From Nostoc sp. (GTDB taxonomy: Bacteria; Cyanobacteriota; Cyanobacteriia; Cyanobacteriales; Nostocaceae), in NCBI GenBank assembly GCA_036918135.1, contig JBALDB010000015.1, positions 212,806-276,805 on the forward strand: a DNA stretch of 64,000 nt. Reading direction: 5' to 3'. A program made the position numbers and the translations under genes. Below, in pieces: positions 41,482 through 52,646 of this stretch. Position 1 is the first letter of the stretch; each line of letters opens with the position of its first letter. Below the pieces are notes generated by a model, which worked only from the letters and a program-made list of their open reading frames with translations, ran no database searches and was not told the origin of the DNA.

Positions 41482-42111
41482 ATGGAATGGCACGTAAGTG
41501 ATGCTCAAAGTTTAGCAATCATTGATAGTGAAATTGGCGATCATATCTTTTCACCCGCAGAGTATGAGATTGTACGTCGGGTAATCTATGCCACGGCTGA
41601 CTTTGAGTATAAGTCTTTGATTCGCTTTTCTGAGCGTGCCTTGCAAGCTGGAGCAGCAGCATTAGCTGCGCGTACTGCAATTGTAGTAGATGTACTAATG
41701 GTACAAGTAGGTATTGCCTACGATATTCAAAATACTTTTGCCAATCCACTCTATTGCAGCATGGAAGCTTTAACACGCCCCCAAAAAGAAAAAACGCGGG
41801 TTGCATGGGGAATAGAAACCCTCGCAAAGCGTTATCCAGAGGGTATTTTTGTAGTAGGTCAAGCGCAAACAGCATTAACAGCACTAGTGGATTTAATTGA
41901 AGCTGAGGAAATTAGACCCGCTTTAATAATTGCGACTCCAGTGGGATTCGTAAATGTCGATCGCGCTAAAGGGCGTCTACAAGACTCTCTAGTTCCTCAC
42001 ATTACAATAGACAATCGCAAAGGTAATGCTGTTGTTGCAGCTGCGATCGTTGATGGATTGGTTGATTTGGCTTGGCAAGCCTATGGGCAAAACGGAAATA
42101 GAGGAAGCTAG
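41482..42111 (+). CDS. Precorrin-8X methylmutase (CobH/CbiC)-like protein, probably atypical
   Basis: SLAII, RRVIYATADF, VGQAQTAL, PVGFVN, RKGNAVVAAA; Tyr replaces the usual His of RxIHATAD. Confidence 0.8.
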   Translation: MEWHVSDAQSLAIIDSEIGDHIFSPAEYEIVRRVIYATADFEYKSLIRFSERALQAGAAALAARTAIVVDVLMVQVGIAYDIQNTFANPLYCSMEALTRPQKEKTRVAWGIETLAKRYPEGIFVVGQAQTALTALVDLIEAEEIRPALIIATPVGFVNVDRAKGRLQDSLVPHITIDNRKGNAVVAAAIVDGLVDLAWQAYGQNGNRGS

Positions 42112-42187
42112 GAAAGTAGGCTCTGCGTTATTCTGTATCCAAAAGAGTATTCAAAATTAGTGAATGTCCTGATATTTTAATTAAATA

Positions 42188-43624
42188 GTGCCGAGCAAGG
42201 AGCGTAGTATTGTGGTAATTGAGAGTTTCAGTTTAAGCACATATATTGCAATCCCCGTAGTTTTAGGTCTTTTGCTTCAGGGAGACAACATAAAAGTACC
42301 TGTAGTTAAAAATGTTAGTCAGGAATCTAATGTAGAGGAAACAGTAGTGCCCAGTCCTCAGTTAATCAGCAGTAAAACGACTGGAAAAACATACTATGTT
42401 AGTGGTACTGGGAACGACAAAAATAAAGGACTTTCTTCTTCATCACCTTTTAGGACTATTCAAAAGGCAGCAAATCTTACCAAACCCGGAGACACCGTAC
42501 TTATTATGAACGGAGTCTACACAAATGCAAATCCCAAAGGAGAGGTAGTATCAATTACTCGTTCTGGAACTGCAAATGGATGGATTAAGTTTAAAGCATA
42601 TCCTGGGCATTTACCAAAACTTCGGCACAATGGATGGCATGGAGTTTTGATTCACAATGGAGCTTCATATATTGAAGTGAACGGGCTTGAAGTAATAGGG
42701 AATAATGCCAATGTAACTCTTGATTATGCCATGAGTCAAAAGAGTAACAAATTAAACCCGCTAACAAATGGAGGCTGCATTAGCATCGATGGAAGAAAAA
42801 AAGGTCATCCTCATCATATACGTATTGTTAACAACAAGGCACATAGCTGTGGTGGAGGAGGTATTTCAGCAATTGAATCTGACTATGTGACAGTAGATAA
42901 TAACGTAGTATTTGATAATGCCTGGTATGGGGTCTATGCTGGCAGTGGAATTTCAATGTTGCGTAATTGGAACTTTGATAACTACCAGGGATATAAGATG
43001 TTTGTAACCAACAACAAGGTTTATAACAATAGAGAATATATTCCTTGGATTAAGACCGGAACTATCACAGACGGTAATGGCATTATTATCGATAGTTTAA
43101 ATAAACCGGAAAAATCAAACTATGTTCCATATAAAGGACGTACTTTAGTTAAAAATAATCTAACATTTCATAACGGTGGTTCGGGCATTCATTCATTTTA
43201 TAGCACTCGTGTTGATATTATTAATAATACAGCTTTTCTAAATAATCAGACTCCCGAACTGAAACTAGGACAAATATTTACTCAGATGTCATCTGATGTA
43301 AAAATTTTAAATAATATTCTTTATGCTTTTCCTGGCAAAAATGTTAACAGTAGCAGTAAAAGCAAAAACGTTGTTTTTGATTACAATATATATCTCAATA
43401 CTTCTTCTGTAAAGGTTAAAGGGCTTCACGATATAGTTGCAGATGCAGAGTTTATCAGGGCACATCCTACTTTGAAAAAAATAGATGGTGATTGGAAATC
43501 ACAATTATCTAAACAAAGTCGCTCTGCACCAACTTCTATCAAGCTTAATTCAGCAAGTGTTGTTTGCGAACCAGTGACTTATAATCTCAAAGGCAAACTT
43601 ATCAAGGTCGGATGTTCGCGCTAA
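42188..43624 (+). CDS. Right-handed parallel beta-helix (pectate-lyase-like) secreted protein
   Basis: YYVSGTGND.N.G....PFRTIQKAA...PGDTVLIMNGVY; TDGNGIIID; NGGSGIH. Confidence 0.85.
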   Translation: MPSKERSIVVIESFSLSTYIAIPVVLGLLLQGDNIKVPVVKNVSQESNVEETVVPSPQLISSKTTGKTYYVSGTGNDKNKGLSSSSPFRTIQKAANLTKPGDTVLIMNGVYTNANPKGEVVSITRSGTANGWIKFKAYPGHLPKLRHNGWHGVLIHNGASYIEVNGLEVIGNNANVTLDYAMSQKSNKLNPLTNGGCISIDGRKKGHPHHIRIVNNKAHSCGGGGISAIESDYVTVDNNVVFDNAWYGVYAGSGISMLRNWNFDNYQGYKMFVTNNKVYNNREYIPWIKTGTITDGNGIIIDSLNKPEKSNYVPYKGRTLVKNNLTFHNGGSGIHSFYSTRVDIINNTAFLNNQTPELKLGQIFTQMSSDVKILNNILYAFPGKNVNSSSKSKNVVFDYNIYLNTSSVKVKGLHDIVADAEFIRAHPTLKKIDGDWKSQLSKQSRSAPTSIKLNSASVVCEPVTYNLKGKLIKVGCSR

Positions 43625-43633
43625 GGATGATAA

Positions 43634-43742
43634 TAAGGGAACTCCAAAAAATAAATTATTCCCCTTAAAGTTATTGACTATTAACTGTGAACCGTCAACA
43701 GTAAACAATAGTAATGGAATATTTTTTACTTGGAAATCCCTA
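43634..43742. mobile_element. MITE-like element with imperfect ~25-bp terminal inverted repeats (left of islet)
   Basis: taagggaactccaaaaaataaattat ... atattttttacttggaaatcccta; same family as 46708-46821. Confidence 0.65.
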
Positions 43743-43768
43743 AATAAGTAGTTGTGCAAAATTAAATT

Positions 43769-43876
43769 TATAGCAGGAGGCAGGAGGCAGGAGGCAGCTA
43801 TGCTGGAGGTAAAAACATTACTCTTCCCGACATCTACGCTTGTTATTATGTCCTAACCTATATGACTACGGCTATA
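43769..43876. mobile_element. ~108-bp MITE-like dispersed element (copy 2)
   Basis: TATAGC...GCTATA; shares acgcttgttattatgtcctaacctatatgactac with 36702-36810. Confidence 0.75.
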
Positions 43877-44012
43877 TTACTGGAGAGAGGGAACTCTAAA
43901 CAGGTAACAGAAAAACGATGTGTGTAATTGATTTTATTCAGGTACTTCCCATACCGTTAATCGCCGATTTCTATATCAGTAATTCCCTCAATTGACTGCA
44001 AACTAGAAACAT

Positions 44013-45023
<1,011 letters not shown>

Positions 45024-45063
45024 TCAACTCCTGTCTTTAAATTAAAGTCGCAACCGTCTTACT

Positions 45064-45465
45064 CTACGAGCGTGTCTGGTATTGTTCGTCGCTGACCTTT
45101 TCCATCCAGTCCACGGTTTTGCCGTCCAGCTGTTCCTGAATGGCGATGTGGGTCATCGCCGTGGTCGCCGTAGCGCCGTGCCAATGCTTCTCACCGGGCG
45201 AGAACCAGATCGTATCTCCCGGACGAATTTGCTCGATCGCTCCACCCCAGCGTTGTGCCAGACCGCAGCCAGCCGTGACGATTAGGGTCTGACCCAACGG
45301 GTGGGTGTGCCATGCTGTCCGAGCACCAGGCTCGAACGTGACACTGGCACCAACAGTGCGTGCTGGATCGTGTGCCTCGAACAGGGGGTCAATGCGGACA
45401 GTGCCGGTAAAATACTCGGCCGGCCCTTTGGCAGAAGGCTGTGAGCCACTTCTTTTGATGTCCAT
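45064..45465 (-). CDS. Cupin domain protein
   Basis: [34 protein letters not shown]. Confidence 0.93.
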   Translation of the reverse strand: MDIKRSGSQPSAKGPAEYFTGTVRIDPLFEAHDPARTVGASVTFEPGARTAWHTHPLGQTLIVTAGCGLAQRWGGAIEQIRPGDTIWFSPGEKHWHGATATTAMTHIAIQEQLDGKTVDWMEKVSDEQYQTRS

Positions 45466-45675
45466 TTTCTTAATTCCTTGACTTGATGCCCTGTATGGTT
45501 ATCAGTAGGCAAGTCTCTTGCTCAATCAAAACAAAGTTCTCTCTTAAATAAAAATCTAGAATATCTGCAATCAGCTGGAATCACTTTTCATTGCTTTAGC
45601 TTCATTCTAGGAAACCTGAAGAACAAGCAATAGAACGATCGTCTAAGATTGTTGTACAATCCTGCAAACTTAGAA

Positions 45676-46659
45676 ATGAATGCTGCTAAAACGAGTGAAA
45701 ATTCCGCTGTGGATTTAATGAACGACCAGCAGGCAAAGCGTGAAGCAGAGAGAGCGCAAGCCAACAGAGACGAGCTCAAAGAGCGTATTGCACAGGCTAT
45801 CCGTAATGATGGAACGATTGAGCCGCTCAAAGGTTTGCACCTCAAACGCTCCTCTTCGCCTACAGAATTTTGTCACGGTGTCTCTGTCCCTGCCTTTTGT
45901 GCGATCGCTCAGGGCAGCAAACAAGTCCTTTTGGGCTGCGATCGCTATCAGTACGACCCGATGCATTATCTACTTGCTACGGTCGAACTGCCGATTGTGA
46001 GTCATATTCTGGAAGCGTCTAAGGCGCAACACTATCTCAGCCTTCGTCTCGATCTCGACTCCACCCTTGTCGGTTCAGTTATGGTCGAGGCGGGCTATCC
46101 CTCGATACAAAGGGGTGCCAATGTCAAAGCGATAGACGTGAGTCCATTGGATGCGCCTCTGCTAGATGCCGTAGTCCGGCTCGTTAGGCTTCTAGATTCC
46201 CCTGCTGAAGCTCATGTTCTGGCACCATTAATTAAGCGGGAAATCATTTACCGACTCCTAATGGGAGAGCAAGGTAGTCGCCTCCGTCATATTGCAGTTC
46301 TGGGTGGCTACACCCACCACATCGCTCTTGCCGTCGATAAGCTCCGTAAAGACTTTGACCAGCCGCTTCGCATTGAAAGCATCGCACGAGAGCTGGGAAT
46401 GAGTGTCTCAGGCTTCCACCATCACTTTAAATCTGTCACTGCAATGAGTCCCTTGCAGTTCCAGAAGCAACTGCGGCTCCAGGAGGCTCGCCGTTTGATG
46501 CTGGCGGAAAACCTTGACGCTACCAGTGCTGCCTACCGTGTGGGTTATGATGACACCTCGCACTTCAACAGAGAGTATAAGCGACTCTTTGGTACACCAC
46601 CAATACGCGATGTGGAGCGGCTGCGAGAAGCTGCTAGGGAGACTGTTAGTTCAATATGA
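45676..46659 (+). CDS. AraC-family transcriptional regulator (YqhC-like)
   Basis: AQGSK, LIKREIIYRLL, MSPLQFQKQLRL, VGY...HFNREYKRLFG; start uncertain. Confidence 0.93.
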   Translation: MNAAKTSENSAVDLMNDQQAKREAERAQANRDELKERIAQAIRNDGTIEPLKGLHLKRSSSPTEFCHGVSVPAFCAIAQGSKQVLLGCDRYQYDPMHYLLATVELPIVSHILEASKAQHYLSLRLDLDSTLVGSVMVEAGYPSIQRGANVKAIDVSPLDAPLLDAVVRLVRLLDSPAEAHVLAPLIKREIIYRLLMGEQGSRLRHIAVLGGYTHHIALAVDKLRKDFDQPLRIESIARELGMSVSGFHHHFKSVTAMSPLQFQKQLRLQEARRLMLAENLDATSAAYRVGYDDTSHFNREYKRLFGTPPIRDVERLREAARETVSSI

Positions 46660-46707
46660 TCTCCTCTAGATGTTCTAATCTTGCTAGAAATCGTTTTATT
46701 CAACAAT

Positions 46708-46821
46708 TAGGGACTTCCAGAAAATAAATTATCCCATTTCACGTCCATCAAAACCACTTTCTCTCCCCCTGCTCCCTTGCCCTCAAAGCGATAGAATATT
46801 TTTTTTAATTGGAGTCCCTTA
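46708..46821. mobile_element. MITE-like element (right of islet)
   Basis: tagggacttccagaaaataaattat ... atatttttttaattggagtccctta. Confidence 0.65.
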
Positions 46822-46850
46822 ATCAGACTCCAACGATTGAGAAGTTTGAA

Positions 46851-47540
46851 TCACTCTTCTACTCTACGCTGACGGCGACGCGGCCTTCTTTCCTGTGGAT
46901 CTTCACGCAAGCGGCGGCCAACTTCGTTAAAGAAATCGCGCCGCAGATAAGGATAATCGCTGACCCACAACTCCCGACTGGGAATGTATATATCCGAAAA
47001 CTCTTCGATACTGCTCAAATCTGGGCGATTTGACATCACTACCATTTCTGCAATTTGACCGCGAGCGATCGCTTTGTGGGTAGGACGTAGTGGTGCGTCA
47101 AATTCAATGCTAAATCCTGTGTCATCACCGACTTCTAAATTAATCCGCTTTTCTCGGTTTTCTACAATTACTAATTCACCTTTGTTATTGACGGTTTCTT
47201 GTTTCCCAATTAATCGGTCTGTAATCCACCAATCTAAGACTCGACCACGGAAAAAGCCACTGTATTTGTAACGGCGGCATTGTATATTTCGCATACTTGC
47301 TTGAAACACTGGATACCACAGCCAAAAAAAAGCGCTAATTACCCCCAGCACAAATATTATTGGACCAAACTCCAGCCTGAAAAAGGCTTTGACAAGCAGA
47401 ATTACGACTAAGGCAACTACAGAAATTAACAGCCGTTGTAAAAAATTTGCAAACTTTCCCCAGTAGTGCTTGTACTGAAGACCAGTGGCAATTAAGGGGA
47501 TAATTTGTTCAAATTTCTGGCGAGTCAATGGTACTAACAT
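46851..47540 (-). CDS. Cyanobacterial-type hypothetical membrane protein
   Basis: MLVPLTRQKFEQIIP start, two TMs, WVSDYPYLRRD; directly downstream of dapB. Confidence 0.75.
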   Translation of the reverse strand: MLVPLTRQKFEQIIPLIATGLQYKHYWGKFANFLQRLLISVVALVVILLVKAFFRLEFGPIIFVLGVISAFFWLWYPVFQASMRNIQCRRYKYSGFFRGRVLDWWITDRLIGKQETVNNKGELVIVENREKRINLEVGDDTGFSIEFDAPLRPTHKAIARGQIAEMVVMSNRPDLSSIEEFSDIYIPSRELWVSDYPYLRRDFFNEVGRRLREDPQERRPRRRQRRVEE

Positions 47541-47572
47541 GAGTGCTGAGTACTGAGTGATAAATAGTGAGT

Positions 47573-48409
47573 TTAAAGTATTTTTTCTAATCCATATATT
47601 AACGACTTTAGCGTTAAGACTTTGCGAATGGCTAATAGCACTCCTGACATATAACAAGCGCGATCGCTCGTATCATGTCGTAAAGTATAAATCTGTCCTG
47701 GTGCGCCAAAAATAACTTCCTGATGAGCTACCAATCCCGGCAAGCGCACGCTATGAATTCTAATGCCTTCCTCTGCTTGGCTGCCCCTAGCTCCTGGTAA
47801 TTTCTCAGTTTCTTCGACTAAGGCAGAGTTAAAAGTTTTACCTAGTTCTCCTAATAACTGCGCCGTTTGAATGGCAGTACCACTAGGAGCATCAGCTTTT
47901 TGGTTGTGATGCAGTTCAATAATTTCTACGTGGTCAAAATATTGAGAAGCAGTGATTGCGGCTTGTTGCAACAGTACCATGCCAATGGAAAAGTTAGGAA
48001 TAATCAGACAACCAGTACTAGCTTTCTCGGCAAAGTCTGCCAGATCTTGAATTTGTTCTAGACTTAATCCAGTCGTGCCGACTACAGGACGAATACCGTA
48101 GGCGATCGCACTACGAATATTGTCATAAACTGAATCGGGATGAGTAAAGTCTACCATCACCCCTGGCGGTCCTTGTCTCTCCCCAGCCATGTAACCCAAC
48201 ATCGGTTCTAATTGATTGGTAATTGGCACTTCCAAGGGTTCGCTTAAACCCGCTAGTTCTCCAGCATCTTTATCTTGATGTTGCGGACTGCTGTCAATGG
48301 CACCCACTAAGTTCAAATCGGGTGCTTGCGCCACCGCCTTAACTACTTCACGACCCATTTTACCAGCAGCGCCGTTGACAATAACTGGGATAGGAGCTTG
48401 ATTCGTCAT
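47573..48409 (-). CDS. dapB: 4-hydroxy-tetrahydrodipicolinate reductase
   Basis: [37 protein letters not shown]. Confidence 0.96.
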   Translation of the reverse strand: MTNQAPIPVIVNGAAGKMGREVVKAVAQAPDLNLVGAIDSSPQHQDKDAGELAGLSEPLEVPITNQLEPMLGYMAGERQGPPGVMVDFTHPDSVYDNIRSAIAYGIRPVVGTTGLSLEQIQDLADFAEKASTGCLIIPNFSIGMVLLQQAAITASQYFDHVEIIELHHNQKADAPSGTAIQTAQLLGELGKTFNSALVEETEKLPGARGSQAEEGIRIHSVRLPGLVAHQEVIFGAPGQIYTLRHDTSDRACYMSGVLLAIRKVLTLKSLIYGLEKIL

Positions 48410-48679
48410 ATGTTGAGAAATACTTTTTGAGTCAACAAGGGCATTGTAAAGACTTTTGCGGTGTAAAAATACCAGTCCCCAGTCCCTAGTACAACAAGGC
48501 AAAAGTCACGTATTCACGCATTCAAAACAAAGAATACTTATACTCCAAGCTTTTTATTGATTCTAGATGGTAGGTTTATTTCCGCCATGACTTACTAGTT
48601 GCTTTTTCATCGATAACCCTAAAAATTTTTTTATCGCACTGCTCTGATAAGTAGCTCTTATTAAAGCTATAAACCTTTT

Positions 48680-48732
48680 TTGTCAAGTTTGGTTGACTAA
48701 TTATAATAAATTTTGTTAAATTTATTTACATA
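48680..48732 (+). promoter_or_regulatory. Sigma70 promoter with an HLR1 (RpaB)-like direct repeat at the start site
   Basis: TTGTCA (48680-85), N16, TATAAT (48702-07); GTTAAATT-TA-TTTACATA at 48715-48732. Confidence 0.5.
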
Positions 48733-48873
48733 AGCTAACAAAGCAGCAAAGCAGCCATCTAGTTTAAATTGCACTTTGTATATGACCTTTCTAGTTTTGG
48801 TTGTCTTGGATGTTAGCCAAAAAATAAATTTCGGTATCGGTATCTTTCATTGACATTTGGACTTCTCCCATTT

Positions 48874-48901
48874 ACCTCGGCTATCAAGTCGGGGTTTTTT
48901 G
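48874..48901 (+). terminator. Intrinsic terminator in the dapB-psbP intergenic region
   Basis: acctcggct-atca-agtcggggt followed by a T run. Confidence 0.65.
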
Positions 48902-49020
48902 TATTCTTGATTAGCTCTCCCCATCTTATGCTTCATCCGAAGCGTACCGCTTGGTGGGAGAATAAAAACGAGAAATAATGCTTGCCTGGTATTGCCTCCA
49001 GCCCAAAGGAACCAACTCTA

Positions 49021-49566
49021 ATGTGGAAACGAATTGTATTAATTTTGCTATTGGTGTTGAGCTTCAGCCTGAGTAATTCTGGTGTAGCGGTTGCAGCCGG
49101 ACTTAAAAGCTTTGTAGACACCAATGATGGCTATCAGTTTTTATATCCTAATGGCTGGCTGCAAGTTAAAGTTGCCGACGGTCCAGATGTAGTTTTTCAT
49201 GATTTAATTGAGGTATCTGAAAATGTTTCTGTAGTAATTAGCCCAGTTCCAGAAAACAAAACCTTGGTACAATTGGGAACTCCTACAGAAGTAGGATATA
49301 AATTGGGAAAAGCAGCTCTAGCACCTCCTGATTCTGGTCGTTCAGCTGAATTAGTCAATGCCGCACAGCGAGAAGTAGACGGTAAAACATACTACCTTTT
49401 AGAGTACGAAGTTAAACTCCCCAATCAACAGGAACGACACAACATTGCCAGCGTCGCTGTTAGCCGTGGTAAACTTTTTACCTTCAACGCCTCAATTACT
49501 GAGAAACGCTGGCCAAAAGTTAAACAAACAATTGATGAAGTTGTAAGTTCTTTTTCTGTTTATTAG
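49021..49566 (+). CDS. psbP: Photosystem II CyanoP (PsbP family)
   Basis: DGYQFLYPNGW, DVVFHDLIE..ENVSV, LGTPTEVG, GKLFT. Confidence 0.9.
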   Translation: MWKRIVLILLLVLSFSLSNSGVAVAAGLKSFVDTNDGYQFLYPNGWLQVKVADGPDVVFHDLIEVSENVSVVISPVPENKTLVQLGTPTEVGYKLGKAALAPPDSGRSAELVNAAQREVDGKTYYLLEYEVKLPNQQERHNIASVAVSRGKLFTFNASITEKRWPKVKQTIDEVVSSFSVY

Positions 49567-49716
49567 TTATTAGTCATTGGTCATTAGTTATTAGGAGTGT
49601 TGAGTAGTAAAGACGCGATTAACCCAAGTCTTTCCAAGAGTGAGGAGCAAGGAGTTATTCTCCTCTGCCCCTTGTCTCCTCTGCCCCCATCTCCCCCTGC
49701 TCCCCCTCATCTCCCT

Positions 49717-50316
49717 ATGGGCATTCTACCTTTTGTATTAGCCTCAGCTTCCCCAGCACGACGGCATTTGCTGCAAACTGTTGGTATTGAACCGATAGTT
49801 AAACCGAGTGACTTTGATGAGTCACAAATCCAATTAAGTGAACCTGCACAATTGGTAAAAACTCTTGCTCAGTATAAAGCAGAAACTGTAGCCCCACAGT
49901 TTGAATCAGCTTTGATTATGGGTTGTGATTCGGTTTTATCTTTTAATGGTGAGATTCATGGTAAACCAGTGGACGCTAGTGAAGCGATCGCCCGTTGGCA
50001 GATAATGCAAGGTAACTTTGGCGACTTATACACAGGTCACACTTTGATTAGTACTGACCAAAAGCGTACTTTAGTCAAGTCTCAAGTTACAAGAGTTTAC
50101 TTTGCTCCTATGAGCGACAAGGCAATTGAAGCTTATGTTGCTACTGGTGAACCCCTCAAGTGTGCTGGTGCCTTTGCCCTTGAAGGTTTTGGTAGTTTGT
50201 TCGTCGAAAAAATCGAAGGTTGTCACAGCAATGTAATTGGACTGAGTTTACCTTTGCTGCGGCAGATGCTAGCAGAACTGGGATACGATGTTACAGATTT
50301 TTGGCAAGAGACATAA
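49717..50316 (+). CDS. maf: Maf-family nucleoside triphosphate pyrophosphatase
   Basis: [27 protein letters not shown]; upstream ORF extension is repeat-derived. Confidence 0.92.
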   Translation: MGILPFVLASASPARRHLLQTVGIEPIVKPSDFDESQIQLSEPAQLVKTLAQYKAETVAPQFESALIMGCDSVLSFNGEIHGKPVDASEAIARWQIMQGNFGDLYTGHTLISTDQKRTLVKSQVTRVYFAPMSDKAIEAYVATGEPLKCAGAFALEGFGSLFVEKIEGCHSNVIGLSLPLLRQMLAELGYDVTDFWQET

Positions 50317-50388
50317 ACCAATTGTAAAACCCTTACACCAAAAGCATCTTTCATAGCTCTAACTATCCTTAAGTTTAATGACCAATGG

Positions 50389-50616
50389 CTAATGACTAAA
50401 TTGGCTAATATTTAGTATTGCCTCTCCATAATCTGGAATCCAAGCCAGCCATTCATCTTTGGAAACTGGACATAATAAAAGTGCTTCGTCAAAACTTAAA
50501 GGGTTGGGAAGTTCCAAAAGCTTCACCCAACTAGAAACTCTTAAGCACTGTAAACCCTCCAGATTCCGCTTTGTTGCTTGGACAGCAAAATCTGGTCTAT
50601 TAGAATCTAGTTTCAT
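50389..50616 (-). CDS. Small hypothetical protein
   Basis: 75 aa; WVKLLELPNPLSFDEALLLC...WLAWIPDYGE looks like a folded domain. Confidence 0.7.
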   Translation of the reverse strand: MKLDSNRPDFAVQATKRNLEGLQCLRVSSWVKLLELPNPLSFDEALLLCPVSKDEWLAWIPDYGEAILNISQFSH

Positions 50617-50661
50617 ATCTTCGTCTTAGCCTTAATCAATGGGCTAATCTCAAATAATTTC

Positions 50662-50677
50662 TGTAACTTAGACTACA
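50662..50677. promoter_or_regulatory. NtcA box between the 75-aa ORF and pcyA
   Basis: TGTAACTTAGACTACA = TGTA-N8-TACA. Confidence 0.55.
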
Positions 50678-50815
50678 AAATAAACAATACTTGTGAAAAG
50701 TAACTGTCTTATAACTTTACCTTCGCTGGTATAAGTGTTTGCTTAATATTGCAAGCTATAACTGTGAGGCACGGCAAGTTGTAGACTGGCTACTAGATCG
50801 CATTCCCAACTAGAT

Positions 50816-51565
50816 ATGTCATTTACTTCTATGCCCTCGCTGCGCGAGCAACAACATCCCCTAATTCGTCAGCTAGCTGATTGTATTGAGGCAGCTTGGC
50901 ATCAGCACCTGGATCTATCGCCCTACCATTTGCCTGCTGAGTTGGGGTATGTGGAAGGTAGACTAGAAGGGGAAAAATTGACGATTGAAAACCGTTGCTA
51001 TCAAACGCCTCAGTTCCGAAAAATGCACTTGGAACTCGCAAAAATCGGAAATATGCTCGATATTTTGCATTGCGTCATGTTTCCCCGTCCGGAATACAAC
51101 CTGCCGATGTTCGGTTGTGATTTAGTGGGTGGTAGAGGTCAAATTAGCGCGGCGATCGCAGACCTTTCTCCCATACAGTTAGAACGTACCTTACCAGAAT
51201 CTTATACTGCTGCGCTCACACAGCTAACAGTGCTTAACTTTTCCCAACCGCGCGAATTACCTGAATGGGGAAATATTTTTTCAGATTTTTGCATCTTTGT
51301 GCGTCCCACTTCTCCAGAAGAAGAAACAATGTTTCTGTCTCGCGTGCGAGAATTTTTAGAAATTCATTGTACCCAAGCGATCGCCTCTAATCCAGTTTCA
51401 CTCGAACAAGTTACACAAAATCTTGCCGGACAACACAACTACTGCACTAAACAGCAGCAAAATGACAAAACCCGCCGCGTACTAGAAAAAGCTTTTGGCC
51501 CTGCTTGGGCAGAACATTACATGACTACAGTTCTATTCGACCTTCCACAGGAGATTTCTAAATAA
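50816..51565 (+). CDS. pcyA: Phycocyanobilin:ferredoxin oxidoreductase
   Basis: [42 protein letters not shown]. Confidence 0.96.
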   Translation: MSFTSMPSLREQQHPLIRQLADCIEAAWHQHLDLSPYHLPAELGYVEGRLEGEKLTIENRCYQTPQFRKMHLELAKIGNMLDILHCVMFPRPEYNLPMFGCDLVGGRGQISAAIADLSPIQLERTLPESYTAALTQLTVLNFSQPRELPEWGNIFSDFCIFVRPTSPEEETMFLSRVREFLEIHCTQAIASNPVSLEQVTQNLAGQHNYCTKQQQNDKTRRVLEKAFGPAWAEHYMTTVLFDLPQEISK

Positions 51566-51738
51566 AAATCCCCAAGGGGCAGAGTTCTATGGCAGGAACC
51601 CCTAACACAAGACGGAGGCAAGGAGGCACAAGGAAAATAATTTCTAATCGGAGAAGATAGGAAACGTCTTTGGCGAGGCTCAACAGTCATCAGTTATCAG
51701 TTATCAGTCAACACTCAACACTCCCCGATTCCCCATCT

Positions 51739-51780
51739 GTAGGCTCTGTTACGTTTTCCGGTAACTGATAAATGTAGAAT
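51739..51780 (+). promoter_or_regulatory. Class II NtcA promoter upstream of devBCA
   Basis: GTAGGCTCTGTTAC (51739-52), N22, TAGAAT (51775-80). Confidence 0.8.
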
Positions 51781-52646
51781 TCATTCAACGAGAGTTTGAT
51801 GGAGTCCCAAAACAGCAGCAGGGAGAGTACTAACACCAATTAGCTTTAACTAAGTTACAGATGATGACGCAAAGAGAAGTCTGAGCGGCAGCTTCTGCTG
51901 ATGCCTGCGGCAACGCCAAGGGCGAACAGAACTTCGGGTGACACAGTGATACAGTGATGCGCTAAATAATGTGTAGCAAAATTTTTGAGAATTGGTATCA
52001 GGTATTTGAAACAAATGATTTTTGATCTTGTTTTTCAATTTTGTGAATAACTGTAGCTCCACTGATTAAGCTATGGTAACTCAAACAGTTATCAGCAATC
52101 AAAATTTAAGTTGGCGATTTGAAACAATTAATTAGCTATCAGCAAATGTAAGAATCCAGAATTGAGAATTAATAGGTTTGGATACCCAAGCTTGATAAGC
52201 ATAAAATCAAGCAGGTATATAACCATTGATTTTCCAACTTTTTTTACTTCTGAATTCTTAATATTCACTGATTAGTTAATGTTAATAACTTTATCCTTGC
52301 GGTAGTGAATTGTAGCAGTACAGTACCACATCATAGTAGTTTTGAATTTTCAATACAGAGGCGATATTTTGCGTCTCTGTATTCTGAATTCATACTGCCA
52401 TTAGCGCATAAAAGAGTAATGAATTCCAATCTCCACTATAAAGATTGCTGAATTTATAATTCTGAATTCTTCTTCAAATAGCCAGCTACAAGAGGGCATG
52501 ATTTTGCAAAACTTTAGTGTGAGTGTTGAGTGTGGATCGTGCAATGGATTTTAAGCCATATCGTTGTTTGTCCTAAGCGGCTGGCTATTGATTAAAAACC
52601 CATTTTTACTTGCATCAGCACAATTGAGATAAACGGGCAACATACT

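Noticed and set aside
51757..51762. DIF1-like TCCGGT near the devB promoter
   Set aside because: One mismatch and no correctly spaced -10; the NtcA class II arrangement explains the site
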